A stretch of DNA of 64,000 bases, from positions 10,026 to 74,025 of the IMG/VR virus record IMGVR_UViG_3300030380_005342. One strand, given 5' to 3'. Source of the DNA: a virus. Of the stretch, positions 31,244-40,997 are shown in pieces. Within the stretch, counting starts at the first letter, position 1; each line of letters starts with the position of its first letter. The translations under genes and the position numbers were made by a program. The notes below the pieces were generated by a model. The model searched no databases, had not been told where the DNA came from, and saw nothing but the letters and a program-made list of their open reading frames with translations.

Positions 31244-32686
31244 ATGTCTACTGAAACTCCATTAGTCGAAGGTCTGCGTCAGAAGTGGCAACCCGTCATC
31301 GAACATGCTGATCTTCCAGATATCCAAGACAGTTATCGCAAGAATGTTACTGCGATTCTGCTTGAAAACCAAGAAAAGGCTCTCCGCGAAGAAGCAAACG
31401 TTTCTGGCGTTGATGCCGTTTTCTCCGATACATCCGGTAACTTTAATAGTGTTTCCGGCTTCAACCCTGTTCTGATCTCACTCGTTCGTAGATCTATGCC
31501 TAACTTGATCGCCTATGATGTCTGTGGTGTCCAGCCTATGTCTGGTCCTACAGGTCTGATCTTTGCGATGAAGGCTAAGTTCACCGCCCAAGGCTCTGCT
31601 GAAGCACTCTTCAATGAAGCCCCAACTGGATTCGGTGCTACCGTTGGTGGAGCCGCTGGTGCTACACAATCTGGTGCTGGATTCCCATCTTTCGGTGGAA
31701 CTGGTGACCCTCTCGGTAACGTGTCTAGATCTGGTTCTACCACAGGTTACTCTGCTGGTCTTGGTTCTACGTCAGCCACCATTGACGTTGATCCCGGTGC
31801 GCCCACTTCATTCTTTGAAGGTAGCAATACCTTCGGTGAAATGGCTTTCTCAATCGACCGTCAATCGGTTGTTGCGAAAACTCGTGCATTGAAAGCAGAA
31901 TACACCTCTGAGTTGGCTCAGGATCTTAAGGCTGTTCATGGTCTGGATGCTGAAACAGAATTGGCTAACATTCTCTCGGCTGAAATCCTTGCTGAAATCA
32001 ACCGTGAAGTTATCCGCTCCATCTATCGTGGTGCAAAACTCGGCTGTCAGCAACGCGACCTTACTTTCAAGAGTAGTGGTGCAACAGTTCCTATCGCTGG
32101 CGATGCTGTCAATGGCGGTGGTGTCTATGATGTCCAACTCGACTCCGATGGTCGTTGGAGTGCTGAGAAGTTCCGTGGTCTGATGTTCCAAATCGACCGC
32201 GAAGCCAACGTGATTGCTAAAGAAACTCGTAGAGGAAAAGGTAACTTTATTATCTGCACCTCTGACGTTGCTTCGGCTCTCGCCATGTCTGGTTTCTTGA
32301 ACTTGACCCCAACACCTAATGTCGATCTTGAAGTCGATGATACTGGCAACACCTTCGCAGGTACGTTGAACGGTAAGATTAAGGTCTACATTGACCCATA
32401 CTCCGTGTCTGGTGCTGATTACATCACCGTTGGATATAGAGGCACAAGCCCCTATGACGCTGGTATGTTCTACTGCCCATACGTTCCTCTGCAAATGGTC
32501 AGAGCAGTCAACGAAACCAACTTCCAACCGAAGATTGGCTTCAAGACCCGTTACGGTATGGTAAACAACCCATACGTTTCGGATGGCTCTAACTTGTCAG
32601 ATCCGTTGGCTGCTGCTGCGGCTCGACAGAACCAATACTACCGTATCTTCCGTGTTCTTAACCTTCACGGTAATGGTACTCCCTAA
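31244..32686 (+). CDS. gp23: Major capsid protein gp23
   Basis: VTAILLENQ, P.LISLVRRSMPNLIAYD.CGVQPM.GPTGLIFAM, RALKAEY..ELAQDLKAVHGLDAE.EL, FYCPYVPLQM, FQPKIGFKTRYG. Confidence 0.98.
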   Translation: MSTETPLVEGLRQKWQPVIEHADLPDIQDSYRKNVTAILLENQEKALREEANVSGVDAVFSDTSGNFNSVSGFNPVLISLVRRSMPNLIAYDVCGVQPMSGPTGLIFAMKAKFTAQGSAEALFNEAPTGFGATVGGAAGATQSGAGFPSFGGTGDPLGNVSRSGSTTGYSAGLGSTSATIDVDPGAPTSFFEGSNTFGEMAFSIDRQSVVAKTRALKAEYTSELAQDLKAVHGLDAETELANILSAEILAEINREVIRSIYRGAKLGCQQRDLTFKSSGATVPIAGDAVNGGGVYDVQLDSDGRWSAEKFRGLMFQIDREANVIAKETRRGKGNFIICTSDVASALAMSGFLNLTPTPNVDLEVDDTGNTFAGTLNGKIKVYIDPYSVSGADYITVGYRGTSPYDAGMFYCPYVPLQMVRAVNETNFQPKIGFKTRYGMVNNPYVSDGSNLSDPLAAAAARQNQYYRIFRVLNLHGNGTP

Positions 32687-32687
32687 G

Positions 32688-32698
32688 ACTTAGAGTAG
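32688..32698. repeat. Right arm of 11-bp inverted repeat flanking gp23 (ACTTAGAGTAG)
   Basis: Exact reverse complement of 31208-31218. Confidence 0.8.
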
Positions 32699-32707
32699 TT
32701 TATGACG

Positions 32708-32737
32708 GGACAAGGGGGGCGAAAGCCCCCCTTGTTC
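32708..32737 (+). terminator. GC-rich hairpin after gp23 (terminator/stability hairpin)
   Basis: ggACAAGGGGGGC-GAAA-GCCCCCCTTGTtc: 11-bp perfect stem with GNRA tetraloop; U-tract is weak. Confidence 0.8.
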
Positions 32738-32741
32738 ATTA

Positions 32742-32749
32742 CCTACATA
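32742..32749 (+). promoter_or_regulatory. Late promoter variant CCTACATA (gp3)
   Basis: Directly after the gp23 hairpin, 5 nt before the gp3 ATG. Confidence 0.55.
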
Positions 32750-32754
32750 ATTGT

Positions 32755-33411
32755 ATGAGCGAATTTGATCAAAATCCTTTTTTAGATTTTAAGCAACAGT
32801 TTGATTTTTCTGGGGTTACATCAGAGTCCATCTTCACGAAAGGCTTTAACCTTCCGGGTGTGACCTTTGGTGCAGAGACATCAAATCCAAACAGCAATCC
32901 TAGAAAACAACCAACAAATGTAAACTATCTTTATCAAACTTTTTTCAGATTTAGCATTCAAGGTTTTGATAAATTTAATTACTTTTGTCAGGCGGTGACA
33001 CTTCCCGGCTTTGGTCCCGGTGATGCAGTAACACAAGCCACACGATTCTCAAATTTAAAAATACCTACCACAAAAGTAACCTTTGATAATCTCGATGTTA
33101 CCTTTTTGGTTGATGAAGATATGGCGAATTGGAGAGAGATACAAAACTGGATGAAAACAATTTACTTGATTGAAGACCACAAAGGTCTTGAAAAGGAGTT
33201 TTCAAATCAGATTCGTGATGGTGAGTTGATTATTTTAAATAGTGCAATGAAAGCAAACCTTCATATTAAATTTAAAAATATCTTTCCTGTTTCTTTGTCT
33301 GGTCTTGAGTTTGATTCGAGTGTGAGTGATCTGACACCATTTACCGCCACTGCTTCCTTCGCGTTTGACACCTATGACTTCGTAGATCCTGAATCTGGAT
33401 TTTCTCTGTGA
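32755..33411 (+). CDS. gp3: Tail tube terminator/completion protein gp3
   Basis: NYL...F.F.I, YFCQ.V.LPG, F..L.VTFLVDEDM.NW.EI.NWM, F.NIFP.SLSGL.FD. Confidence 0.88.
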   Translation: MSEFDQNPFLDFKQQFDFSGVTSESIFTKGFNLPGVTFGAETSNPNSNPRKQPTNVNYLYQTFFRFSIQGFDKFNYFCQAVTLPGFGPGDAVTQATRFSNLKIPTTKVTFDNLDVTFLVDEDMANWREIQNWMKTIYLIEDHKGLEKEFSNQIRDGELIILNSAMKANLHIKFKNIFPVSLSGLEFDSSVSDLTPFTATASFAFDTYDFVDPESGFSL

Positions 33412-33418
33412 TTCCCTA

Positions 33419-33446
33419 TTGACACGACCTCTTTGCCCATTATAAT
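33419..33446 (+). promoter_or_regulatory. Sigma70-type early/middle promoter (uvsY)
   Basis: TTGACA (33419-33424) N16 TATAAT (33441-33446). Confidence 0.8.
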
Positions 33447-33481
33447 CCGAGTGTCAACGAGAAAAAGGGTAATAAGATTAC

Positions 33482-33919
33482 ATGATGGATCTAAAAGAAC
33501 TTAGAGAACAGGTAGAGCGGGATGCTCGTATTAATGACACAGAACTCGATACCGAGAGCCTGCGACTACCTCAACTTCACAACAAATATCTCAATTTATA
33601 TCACGATGCAAAGTTGTGGTATGAGAAAGCCGCAAATGAATACAATCGACTCTACAAGTTGAAGTGGGAATACTACACTGGAAAGATCGATGCGGAAACC
33701 TTAAAACAAAAAGGATGGGAACCTTTTGACCACAAAATTCTACGCAACGATGTGAGTGTCTACATGAATGGGGATGATGATCTCTGCAATCGAAAAGAAA
33801 GAATGGCATACATCCAGTCTATTGTAAACTATCTTGATGAGGTCGTGAAAGAGATCACCTTCCGACATACCAAGATCAAGAATGCAATCGAGTGGCGTAG
33901 ATTCTTATCTGGAGGATAA
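33482..33919 (+). CDS. uvsY: Recombination mediator UvsY
   Basis: D..I....LD.ESL..P.LH.KY, KWEYY.GK, PF..K.L..D, IKNAIEW.RF..G. Confidence 0.93.
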   Translation: MMDLKELREQVERDARINDTELDTESLRLPQLHNKYLNLYHDAKLWYEKAANEYNRLYKLKWEYYTGKIDAETLKQKGWEPFDHKILRNDVSVYMNGDDDLCNRKERMAYIQSIVNYLDEVVKEITFRHTKIKNAIEWRRFLSGG

Positions 33920-33922
33920 ATA
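33915..33922 (+). promoter_or_regulatory. Late promoter GATAAATA (uvsW)
   Basis: Overlaps uvsY stop; uvsW is a late gene in T4. Confidence 0.55.
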
Positions 33923-33929
33923 CTAATGT

Positions 33930-35444
33930 ATGCCAGATTATGTGATCGAGGAGTTAGACTCCTGTAATATCAAAGTGAAGTGTGAGAGACATCATGCAAA
34001 AGAGTTGTCTGATTTCTTCACGTTCAAGGTTCCCGGTCACAAGTTTATGCCCTCCTATCGTGCGAAGAAGTGGGACGGGCAAATCAAACTATACAACATG
34101 TATTCACAAAAAATCTATGCAGGGCTTGAATCCTATATCATCAAGTTCTGCAAAGATCGTGGCTACACGATTGAGACACCAAATCGCACAAAAAAGAAAT
34201 GGTCAGCAGACCACCTAGAATCGCTTCTGAGCGGTTTGGACATTCAGTTGGGTGGGAAGCCTGTAAAACCACACGATCACCAGAAAGAAGCCATCCTACA
34301 TGGCATGAACACAGAGCGTTGTCTGCTGCTGTCACCCACAGGATCGGGTAAATCTTTGATCATTTATACACTTATGAGACATTTCATGAACCTTACTCCC
34401 GAGGACAAAAAGGTTCTGGTCATCGTACCCACCGTGGGTCTGGTTTCACAAATGTTTCACGACTTTATCGAGTATGGCGGGGAAGGCTGGAACGCCCGAA
34501 CGCATTGTCACATGCTCTACTCAGGAAAGGAGAAAGCAACTCGCAGTCGAGTTGTGATATCAACATGGCAATCATTAGTAAACATGCCCGAAGAATTCTT
34601 TCAACAATTTGGGACTGTCTTTGGAGACGAAGCACACCTGTTCAAATCGAAATCATTGAAACAAATCCTCTCCCGCTTGACCATGTGTCCATATCGTATT
34701 GCAACGACCGGGACACTTGACGGACTACTAACACACAAGTTAGTCATCGAAGGTTTGTTTGGTCCGACCAAGAAAGTCGTGACCACCAAGAAGTTGATGG
34801 AACGCAAACTTCTTTCTGACTTGACTATCGATTGTCTGTTGCTATCATATGGAGGAACTGATCGACAGTTCATGCGTAGAACACAGTATGCAGATGAGAT
34901 GGAATGGATTGTAACAGACAATCGCAGAAACAAATTTATTTGTGATCTAGCGAAAAATACAAAAGGCAACACTCTCATACTGTTTCAATTTGTCGAAAAG
35001 CACGGAAAGGTTTTGCACGAAATGCTCAAGGATTGTGATCGACCAGTTCATTTTATCTACGGTGGAACAGACGTAGAACAGCGAGAACAGGCTCGTAAAC
35101 TGGTCGAACAGACAGATGATTCAATTATCATTGCATCCTACGGAACTTTTTCAACTGGTGTGAACATCAAACGCCTAAATAATATTGTGTTCGCGTCACC
35201 TTCGAAGAGCCGTGTACGGGTGCTACAGAGTATTGGAAGACAACTTAGAAAGTCTGTTCACAAAAGCACCGCACGCCTCTACGACATAGTTGATGATTTG
35301 TCATGGAAAAAATATGACAATCATACACTTCGCCATTTCCATGAGCGAAAGAAAATATATGATACAGAAGGTTTCGATTATAAGGTCGTAAAGATCCCAC
35401 TAACAGGAGAGCGAAATGAGCAAAATCCCTTTCAAGGTTCTTAA
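33930..35444 (+). CDS. uvsW: DNA helicase UvsW
   Basis: F.F.VPG..FMP.YR...WDG.I.L, SPTGSGKS, DEAH, TGT, ASYGTFSTG.NI, LQSIGR.LR. Confidence 0.96.
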   Translation: MPDYVIEELDSCNIKVKCERHHAKELSDFFTFKVPGHKFMPSYRAKKWDGQIKLYNMYSQKIYAGLESYIIKFCKDRGYTIETPNRTKKKWSADHLESLLSGLDIQLGGKPVKPHDHQKEAILHGMNTERCLLLSPTGSGKSLIIYTLMRHFMNLTPEDKKVLVIVPTVGLVSQMFHDFIEYGGEGWNARTHCHMLYSGKEKATRSRVVISTWQSLVNMPEEFFQQFGTVFGDEAHLFKSKSLKQILSRLTMCPYRIATTGTLDGLLTHKLVIEGLFGPTKKVVTTKKLMERKLLSDLTIDCLLLSYGGTDRQFMRRTQYADEMEWIVTDNRRNKFICDLAKNTKGNTLILFQFVEKHGKVLHEMLKDCDRPVHFIYGGTDVEQREQARKLVEQTDDSIIIASYGTFSTGVNIKRLNNIVFASPSKSRVRVLQSIGRQLRKSVHKSTARLYDIVDDLSWKKYDNHTLRHFHERKKIYDTEGFDYKVVKIPLTGERNEQNPFQGS

Positions 35445-35988
35445 ACTAAAAAGCGGTGATGATGTTATTGCAAAATTAGTCAAAAATACGAAAGACAAGA
35501 TTCAACTAGAACGTCCGATGGTTATGAAAATCATGCACTATGTTGAGCCGATGAGCGGGGCAAAAAAAGAAACAGTAATCCTGTACGACTGGTTGAAAAC
35601 AACCATTGAAAATAAAATCATGATTGAAAAGGATTTTGTGGTTGGAATTTTCCATCCAGATCCAGATATTCTCAAAGCATATGAGATTCAAAAAAATATG
35701 GATGATCAAGCACAAAAAGGTTTCATTGTTGATAAACTTCCTAAAACAAAAACCAACCCATCACCCGAGAGCGGCATGGAAAATATTCTTAGGATGGTAA
35801 AGGATAAAATTGATCAGGAGAGAAAAAATATCGAGGAATATTTTGAGGATGGTAACTCCTTTCTTGAAGATATTGTTGATGATTCGGATGAGGAAGTCAC
35901 TCTCGTAAATGATGATATTGAAAGAAGAGAAGATTATGGTAACTCATATACAGACTGGTCACCAAATCCAGAAGACTACTTGACATAA
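35416..35988 (+). CDS. Conserved hypothetical protein (KL.SG.D.IA, Sm-like N-terminus) upstream of gp55
   Basis: AGGAG RBS; N-terminal KVLKLKSGDDVIA motif typical of the uvsW-gp55 neighbour in T4-like phages. Confidence 0.65.
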   Translation: MSKIPFKVLKLKSGDDVIAKLVKNTKDKIQLERPMVMKIMHYVEPMSGAKKETVILYDWLKTTIENKIMIEKDFVVGIFHPDPDILKAYEIQKNMDDQAQKGFIVDKLPKTKTNPSPESGMENILRMVKDKIDQERKNIEEYFEDGNSFLEDIVDDSDEEVTLVNDDIERREDYGNSYTDWSPNPEDYLT

Positions 35989-36007
35989 TCATAAAATGCA
36001 GTAAGGT
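35980..36007 (+). promoter_or_regulatory. Sigma70-type promoter (gp55), likely leaderless
   Basis: TTGACA (35980-35985) N16 TAAGGT (36002-36007) N6 ATG. Confidence 0.6.
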
Positions 36008-36013
36008 GTGTGA

Positions 36014-36538
36014 ATGACTAATCACTATGTGGACAACAAAAAGTTTTTTCAGGAAATGACTGACTGGAAAAAAAGAGTGCGAGATGCAGAGGAGTCTGAT
36101 GATCCCATTCCACAAGTGACCGAGTATATCGGTGAATGCTTTTTATTAATCGCAGAGAGATTAGCAACACGACCAAATTTTGTAAATTACCCGTACAAAG
36201 AAGAGATGATTGGTGACGCAATCGAAAACTGTTTGGTTGCAGCAAACAACTTTGATCCTGATAAGTCAAGCAATCCATTCGCATATTTTACGCAGATCAC
36301 ATACTTTGCTTTTTTGCGTAGAATTCAAAGAGAAAAAAAGCAAGACACAATCAAATACAAAATGATGGAGGCTGCTGATGCGAAAGGTGAACTTGCTTCG
36401 ATCTTAGATCCAGATGGGAACTCTACAGATCCTTATGCAGACTATCTGAAATTGAATCCTAGTGATGTCGTAAAAACAGAAACTACAAAGAAGAAAAAAA
36501 CAAGAAAGAAAAAAAATAATACTGAGGAATTGTTTTGA
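36014..36538 (+). CDS. gp55: Late transcription sigma factor gp55
   Basis: HYVDNK.F, YIGECF..IA..L..RPNF.NY.YKEEMI.DAIENC, NFDP.KS.NPFAYFTQI.YFAFLRRI..EKKQ. Confidence 0.97.
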   Translation: MTNHYVDNKKFFQEMTDWKKRVRDAEESDDPIPQVTEYIGECFLLIAERLATRPNFVNYPYKEEMIGDAIENCLVAANNFDPDKSSNPFAYFTQITYFAFLRRIQREKKQDTIKYKMMEAADAKGELASILDPDGNSTDPYADYLKLNPSDVVKTETTKKKKTRKKKNNTEELF

Positions 36539-37584
36539 AAATTGCAATCATCTGTGATACACATTTTGGTGCAAGAAATGACGGACAAATTTTCCTAGAT
36601 TACTACTTCAAGTTTTTTGATGACGTATTTTTTCCTGCCTGCAAAGAACGTGGTGTAAAACATATTTTGCACTTAGGCGATCTCATGGATCGCAGAAAGT
36701 TCGTCAACTTCAATACGCTTGCACAGGTTCGTGAGCGTTTCATGGATCGACTTCAAGGTATGGAAGTCCACTGTATTGTTGGCAACCACGACACCTACTT
36801 TAAAAACACCAACGAAGTCAACTCACCAAAAGAGTTGTTTGGTTCTCGGTATCCAGACTTTCATATCTATGACACCCCAGTGGAACTGACCTTCGACAAT
36901 ACAAAGATTGCGATGATTCCGTGGATCAACAAAGGCAACGAACAAAAGTCGATTGACTTTATCAATCAAACAGACGCAACCATTCTTGCAGGACATTTTG
37001 AACTTGAGGGTTATCAAGTCATGCGTGGAGTGAAGTATACGGATGGTATGAAGTCTGATATGCTACAACGGTTTGATAGAGTTTGGTCGGGTCACTTTCA
37101 CCAAAAGCACGAAGAGAACAATGTGTGTTACTTTGGCACTGCGTATCAAATGACATTTGCAGACCTTTTTGAAAAGAAAGGTTTTCACATTTACGATACG
37201 GAGACAGATGAAATTGAGTTTGTGCCAAATCCCGACAAACTTTTTCATGCTATCCCATACAACGATGATATTGATATTGCATTGATTGATTTCCGACAGT
37301 ATCAAAAGCGATACGTCAAAGTCTTCGTACACGATAAGAAAGATGCAAAGAAGTTTGATCGACTTATTGAAAAACTATATGAAAATCATGCCGAGAGTGT
37401 GACCATTCTTGAAAATGAAACACCGACCAGCGAAAAGGTAGAGGTTGACAAAGACGCACTTTCAACCGATACTATGACATTGATTAGTTCATATGTTGAT
37501 GATGTATTCTCTGATGATCCAGAGGAATGTAAAAGACTAAAAGATGTGTTCAAGGAGTTGTTCCTTGAGTCATTTGATGTGTAG
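36535..37584 (+). CDS. gp47: Recombination endonuclease subunit gp47 (Mre11/SbcD-like)
   Basis: TTG start overlapping gp55 stop; DTHFGARND, HLGD.MD.RK, GNHD, GHFEL.G, SGHFH. Confidence 0.95.
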   Translation: MKIAIICDTHFGARNDGQIFLDYYFKFFDDVFFPACKERGVKHILHLGDLMDRRKFVNFNTLAQVRERFMDRLQGMEVHCIVGNHDTYFKNTNEVNSPKELFGSRYPDFHIYDTPVELTFDNTKIAMIPWINKGNEQKSIDFINQTDATILAGHFELEGYQVMRGVKYTDGMKSDMLQRFDRVWSGHFHQKHEENNVCYFGTAYQMTFADLFEKKGFHIYDTETDEIEFVPNPDKLFHAIPYNDDIDIALIDFRQYQKRYVKVFVHDKKDAKKFDRLIEKLYENHAESVTILENETPTSEKVEVDKDALSTDTMTLISSYVDDVFSDDPEECKRLKDVFKELFLESFDV

Positions 37585-37592
37585 GAGTTATT

Positions 37593-39266
37593 ATGAAAAA
37601 CGTATTAGGAATTCATGGAAGCCATGACGCTTCCTTTACCTTCATTGACAAGAATGATAAACTTCGTGTCATTGAAGTGGAGCGGTTGGTCAAAAAAAGA
37701 TACGCTGCATTTTCAGTTGAACACGATATTACAAAACGAAGTTTTTCTATTGATGATGATGAAAGAGGTTATGTTTTAGAATACGTTTCCTCACTTATGA
37801 GTGACCCAAATGAAATTGACACAATCGTATATGGTGATCTAAATGCATTAGATCAAGAACGCATCAGTGAGTTTTTTCCGAATGCGAAGTTTGAGCATTT
37901 TCCACACCACGAAGCACATGCGTATTGCGCACACTACCAATCTGGTTTCGATAAATCTATTATCCTTTCTGTTGATGGTGGCGGAACAAGACAATGGCTG
38001 AAACCAGAATTGCAATCAGAAAATTGTATGAGACAGGTTACATTCACACAAAAATTTCTTGGTGATGAAAAACACATTACAGAATTAGGAAATTACAACA
38101 TTGATTTTGGAACCATTTACAGTAAGATTGGATGGGTTTGCTCTGATCTCAAAAAAAGAGAAGATGATGATCTCACATGGGCAGGAAAAATCATGGGTCT
38201 ATGTGGGTATGGTAATGTAAGAGAAGAGTGGATTTCTGCCATGAACGATACTTACCTGAATTCATCAAAGATAACACTTGACCCAAAAAATCCTGAGACT
38301 ATTCGCTTACACCATCTATCGGCACTAAATGAGGTCGTTAGACCAGATGAAAAGTTTAATCTAGACTGTTTATCAGGACAAGACGCATGGGATTTGGCAG
38401 CGACCAGTCAGTTTGTTTTTTCTAGCATGTTGTTCAGTTGGATATATTCAGAAGTAAAAAGATATCCAGATAGAGATGTAGTGATGACAGGTGGCTGTGC
38501 ATTGAATGTTCTTTTCAACCAAGCCCTTTCAGAGTTTTTACATGCTCGTGGCAAAAAACTGTATGTGCCACCCAATCCAAATGATTGTGGTTTGTCTTTA
38601 GGATATTTCTTATCAAAAACAGATGGGAAGTATCGAGGTGATGATTTTGTGTACGATGGCGTTGAACTCTTAGACAAAGATAAACTTGATGAGTATGTAA
38701 AAGAAAGAAACGCAAAGAAGGTTGAGATTTCAGAGGTTGTTGATCTTTTAAAAGAGGGCATGATCATCGGTGTCATAAACGGTGACTCAGAAATCGGTCC
38801 TAGAGCGTTGGGCAATCGTAGTATCATTTGCGATCCATCTTATAAAAACATGAAAGATACACTAAACGCGAAAGTTAAATTTAGAGAGTGGTATCGACCA
38901 TTTGCTCCAGTTTGTTTGTTGGAAGATTCATTTAAGTTTTTTCATGATGTATATGAATCAAAGTACATGAGTCTTGCACCAATGGTCAGAGAGGAATTTA
39001 GGGATTCTTTGAGTGCCATCACTCATGTTGATGGAACTTCTAGATTACAAACTGTTTGCGAGGAAACAGGTCATGAATTTTTCAGAGAGGTTCTTCTTGA
39101 GTTGAGACAGAGAGGGGAGATTCCTGTAATCTTAAATACGTCCTTTAACATTAGGGGCAAGCCAATTCTCACGACAATTGAGGACGCTCTTTATGTTTTA
39201 GACAATACCGAACTTGATTATGTTTTAGTCGAAGGATATCTTTTTAAGAATGATAAAATTTCATAA
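37593..39266 (+). CDS. Carbamoyltransferase (NodU/CmcH/TobZ family)
   Basis: HDAS, HH.AHA, DGGG, GK.MGL..YG, GG.ALN, P.D.G.SLG, E.GPRALGNRSI, RE.YRPFAP, HVDGTSR.QTV, LNTSFN. Confidence 0.93.
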   Translation: MKNVLGIHGSHDASFTFIDKNDKLRVIEVERLVKKRYAAFSVEHDITKRSFSIDDDERGYVLEYVSSLMSDPNEIDTIVYGDLNALDQERISEFFPNAKFEHFPHHEAHAYCAHYQSGFDKSIILSVDGGGTRQWLKPELQSENCMRQVTFTQKFLGDEKHITELGNYNIDFGTIYSKIGWVCSDLKKREDDDLTWAGKIMGLCGYGNVREEWISAMNDTYLNSSKITLDPKNPETIRLHHLSALNEVVRPDEKFNLDCLSGQDAWDLAATSQFVFSSMLFSWIYSEVKRYPDRDVVMTGGCALNVLFNQALSEFLHARGKKLYVPPNPNDCGLSLGYFLSKTDGKYRGDDFVYDGVELLDKDKLDEYVKERNAKKVEISEVVDLLKEGMIIGVINGDSEIGPRALGNRSIICDPSYKNMKDTLNAKVKFREWYRPFAPVCLLEDSFKFFHDVYESKYMSLAPMVREEFRDSLSAITHVDGTSRLQTVCEETGHEFFREVLLELRQRGEIPVILNTSFNIRGKPILTTIEDALYVLDNTELDYVLVEGYLFKNDKIS

Positions 39267-40968
39267 AGTACGTTTCAAAAACTTTGGGTCTTTCGGCAAC
39301 AACTTCACCGAGGTTGAACTTGATCGTCACCAAACAAGTCTGATCACTGGTCTGAATGGACACGGCAAGTCTTTTGCCTTGCTTGATTCAATCACCTTCG
39401 CACTGTTCGGTAAACCGTTTCGTAAGATTAACATTCCACAGTTGGTAAACTCACTCAACGAAAAAGAGTGTCTTGTTGAGGTTGAGTTTTCAGCAGGAGA
39501 AGATTCTTATCTGATTCGAAGAGGACTCAAGCCAAAGGTGTTTGAGGTTTTCAAGAACAATGACTTGGTTGACATCGCGGCAAAGTCAAAAGACTACCAA
39601 CGTATGTTGGAGGAGCAAGTCCTTCGCATGAACTACAAGTCTTTCACACAGGTTGTGATTCTCGGCTCGTCTTCGTTCGTGCCTTTCATGCAGTTGTCGG
39701 CAGCGGATCGAAGAACAGTTATTGAAGATATTCTTGACATTCAAGTATTCTCAAACATGAACAGTGTTCTTCGTGATAAAACTGCAATGGTAAAAAATGA
39801 AATCACCGATATCAACAAAGCACTTCAAATTAACAAAGAACGTGCGACTGGCGTGGTTACGTTGATTGAGTCCTTGAAGAAAAAAAATAATCAACAAATA
39901 GAAACACTTGAAGACGAGATCAACATCAACAAAGCCGAGCAACAGCAGCATGATGATGAACTTGATGTGCTGGACAAACAGATTCAAACCCATCTGGAAA
40001 GTATCACGGATGAAAGAGATGTGGAATCAAGGATCAAAAAGTATGACAAGGCAAGGGGAAAGATGGAAAGAGAGATGAACAATCTCAAAAAGAATCTTTC
40101 TTTTTACACTGACAATGAAACCTGTCCAGTGTGTCACTCTGAAATATCAAAAGACAAAAAAGAAAAAGAAATACAGAAAACATCTAATACGTTAGATGAG
40201 TTACAAAAGGCTACGAAAGAACTTGAGAGATATGAACAAAAACAGATTGATCGATCAAATGAAATCGCAGCGACACAAGATAATATTCGTCAACTCTCTG
40301 ATGACAGGATTCGTGTTAACACCTCTAGAAAAAATACCATAAAGTCTGGTCAAAAACTTGAGGCTAAACTTGAAGAGGCAAAGAAAGCAGACACCACAGA
40401 TCTCGATGATGCAAAACAAAAACTAGAAATCGCAAAGGCGGATCGTGAGAAAAGCATGGATCGCAAAGACGATCTGCTCGTCAAGAAAAACACTTACGGC
40501 AATGCTGCCGACATGCTCAAGGATACTGGTATCAAGGCAAAGGTAATTAAGTATTATCTTCCTGTGATCAACAGCCTCATCAACAAGTATCTCAAAGACA
40601 TGGAGTTTTTTGTTTCGTTCGAACTTGATGAAAACTTCAATGAAACAATCAAAAGTCGGCATCGTGATACCTTCTCATATATGTCCTTTTCTGAGGGCGA
40701 GAAGATGCGTATAGACCTTGCGATTCTTTTGGCATGGAGAGAGGTTTCCAGACTCAAGAACTCGGCAAACACCAATCTACTCATTCTAGATGAGGTATTC
40801 GATGCGTCCTTAGATGCCATGGGATCAGATGATTTCTTGAAACTTTTGAACAAATTGTCTGAAAAAAATCATATCTTCGTGATTTCACACAAATCAGACC
40901 AACTGGTTGATAAATTTCAGAACCAAATCACCTTCCAGAAGGCAGGCAACTTCTCTAGACTAATCTAA
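39250..40968 (+). CDS. gp46: Recombination ATPase subunit gp46 (Rad50/SbcC-like)
   Basis: KNF.SFGN, G.NG.GKS, zinc hook CPVC, FSEGEK.RIDLA, LILDEVFD.SLD, ISH. Confidence 0.96.
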   Translation: MIKFHKVRFKNFGSFGNNFTEVELDRHQTSLITGLNGHGKSFALLDSITFALFGKPFRKINIPQLVNSLNEKECLVEVEFSAGEDSYLIRRGLKPKVFEVFKNNDLVDIAAKSKDYQRMLEEQVLRMNYKSFTQVVILGSSSFVPFMQLSAADRRTVIEDILDIQVFSNMNSVLRDKTAMVKNEITDINKALQINKERATGVVTLIESLKKKNNQQIETLEDEININKAEQQQHDDELDVLDKQIQTHLESITDERDVESRIKKYDKARGKMEREMNNLKKNLSFYTDNETCPVCHSEISKDKKEKEIQKTSNTLDELQKATKELERYEQKQIDRSNEIAATQDNIRQLSDDRIRVNTSRKNTIKSGQKLEAKLEEAKKADTTDLDDAKQKLEIAKADREKSMDRKDDLLVKKNTYGNAADMLKDTGIKAKVIKYYLPVINSLINKYLKDMEFFVSFELDENFNETIKSRHRDTFSYMSFSEGEKMRIDLAILLAWREVSRLKNSANTNLLILDEVFDASLDAMGSDDFLKLLNKLSEKNHIFVISHKSDQLVDKFQNQITFQKAGNFSRLI

Positions 40969-40971
40969 AAC

Positions 40972-40979
40972 CCTAAATA
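40972..40979 (+). promoter_or_regulatory. Late promoter CCTAAATA
   Basis: Intergenic, upstream of the AGGAG RBS of ORF 40998. Confidence 0.6.
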
Positions 40980-40997
40980 TCGTAGCAGGAGATTGCT

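Noticed and set aside
31850-32527. 225-aa antisense ORF within gp23
   Set aside because: Expected from biased codon usage of a highly expressed gene; no motif.
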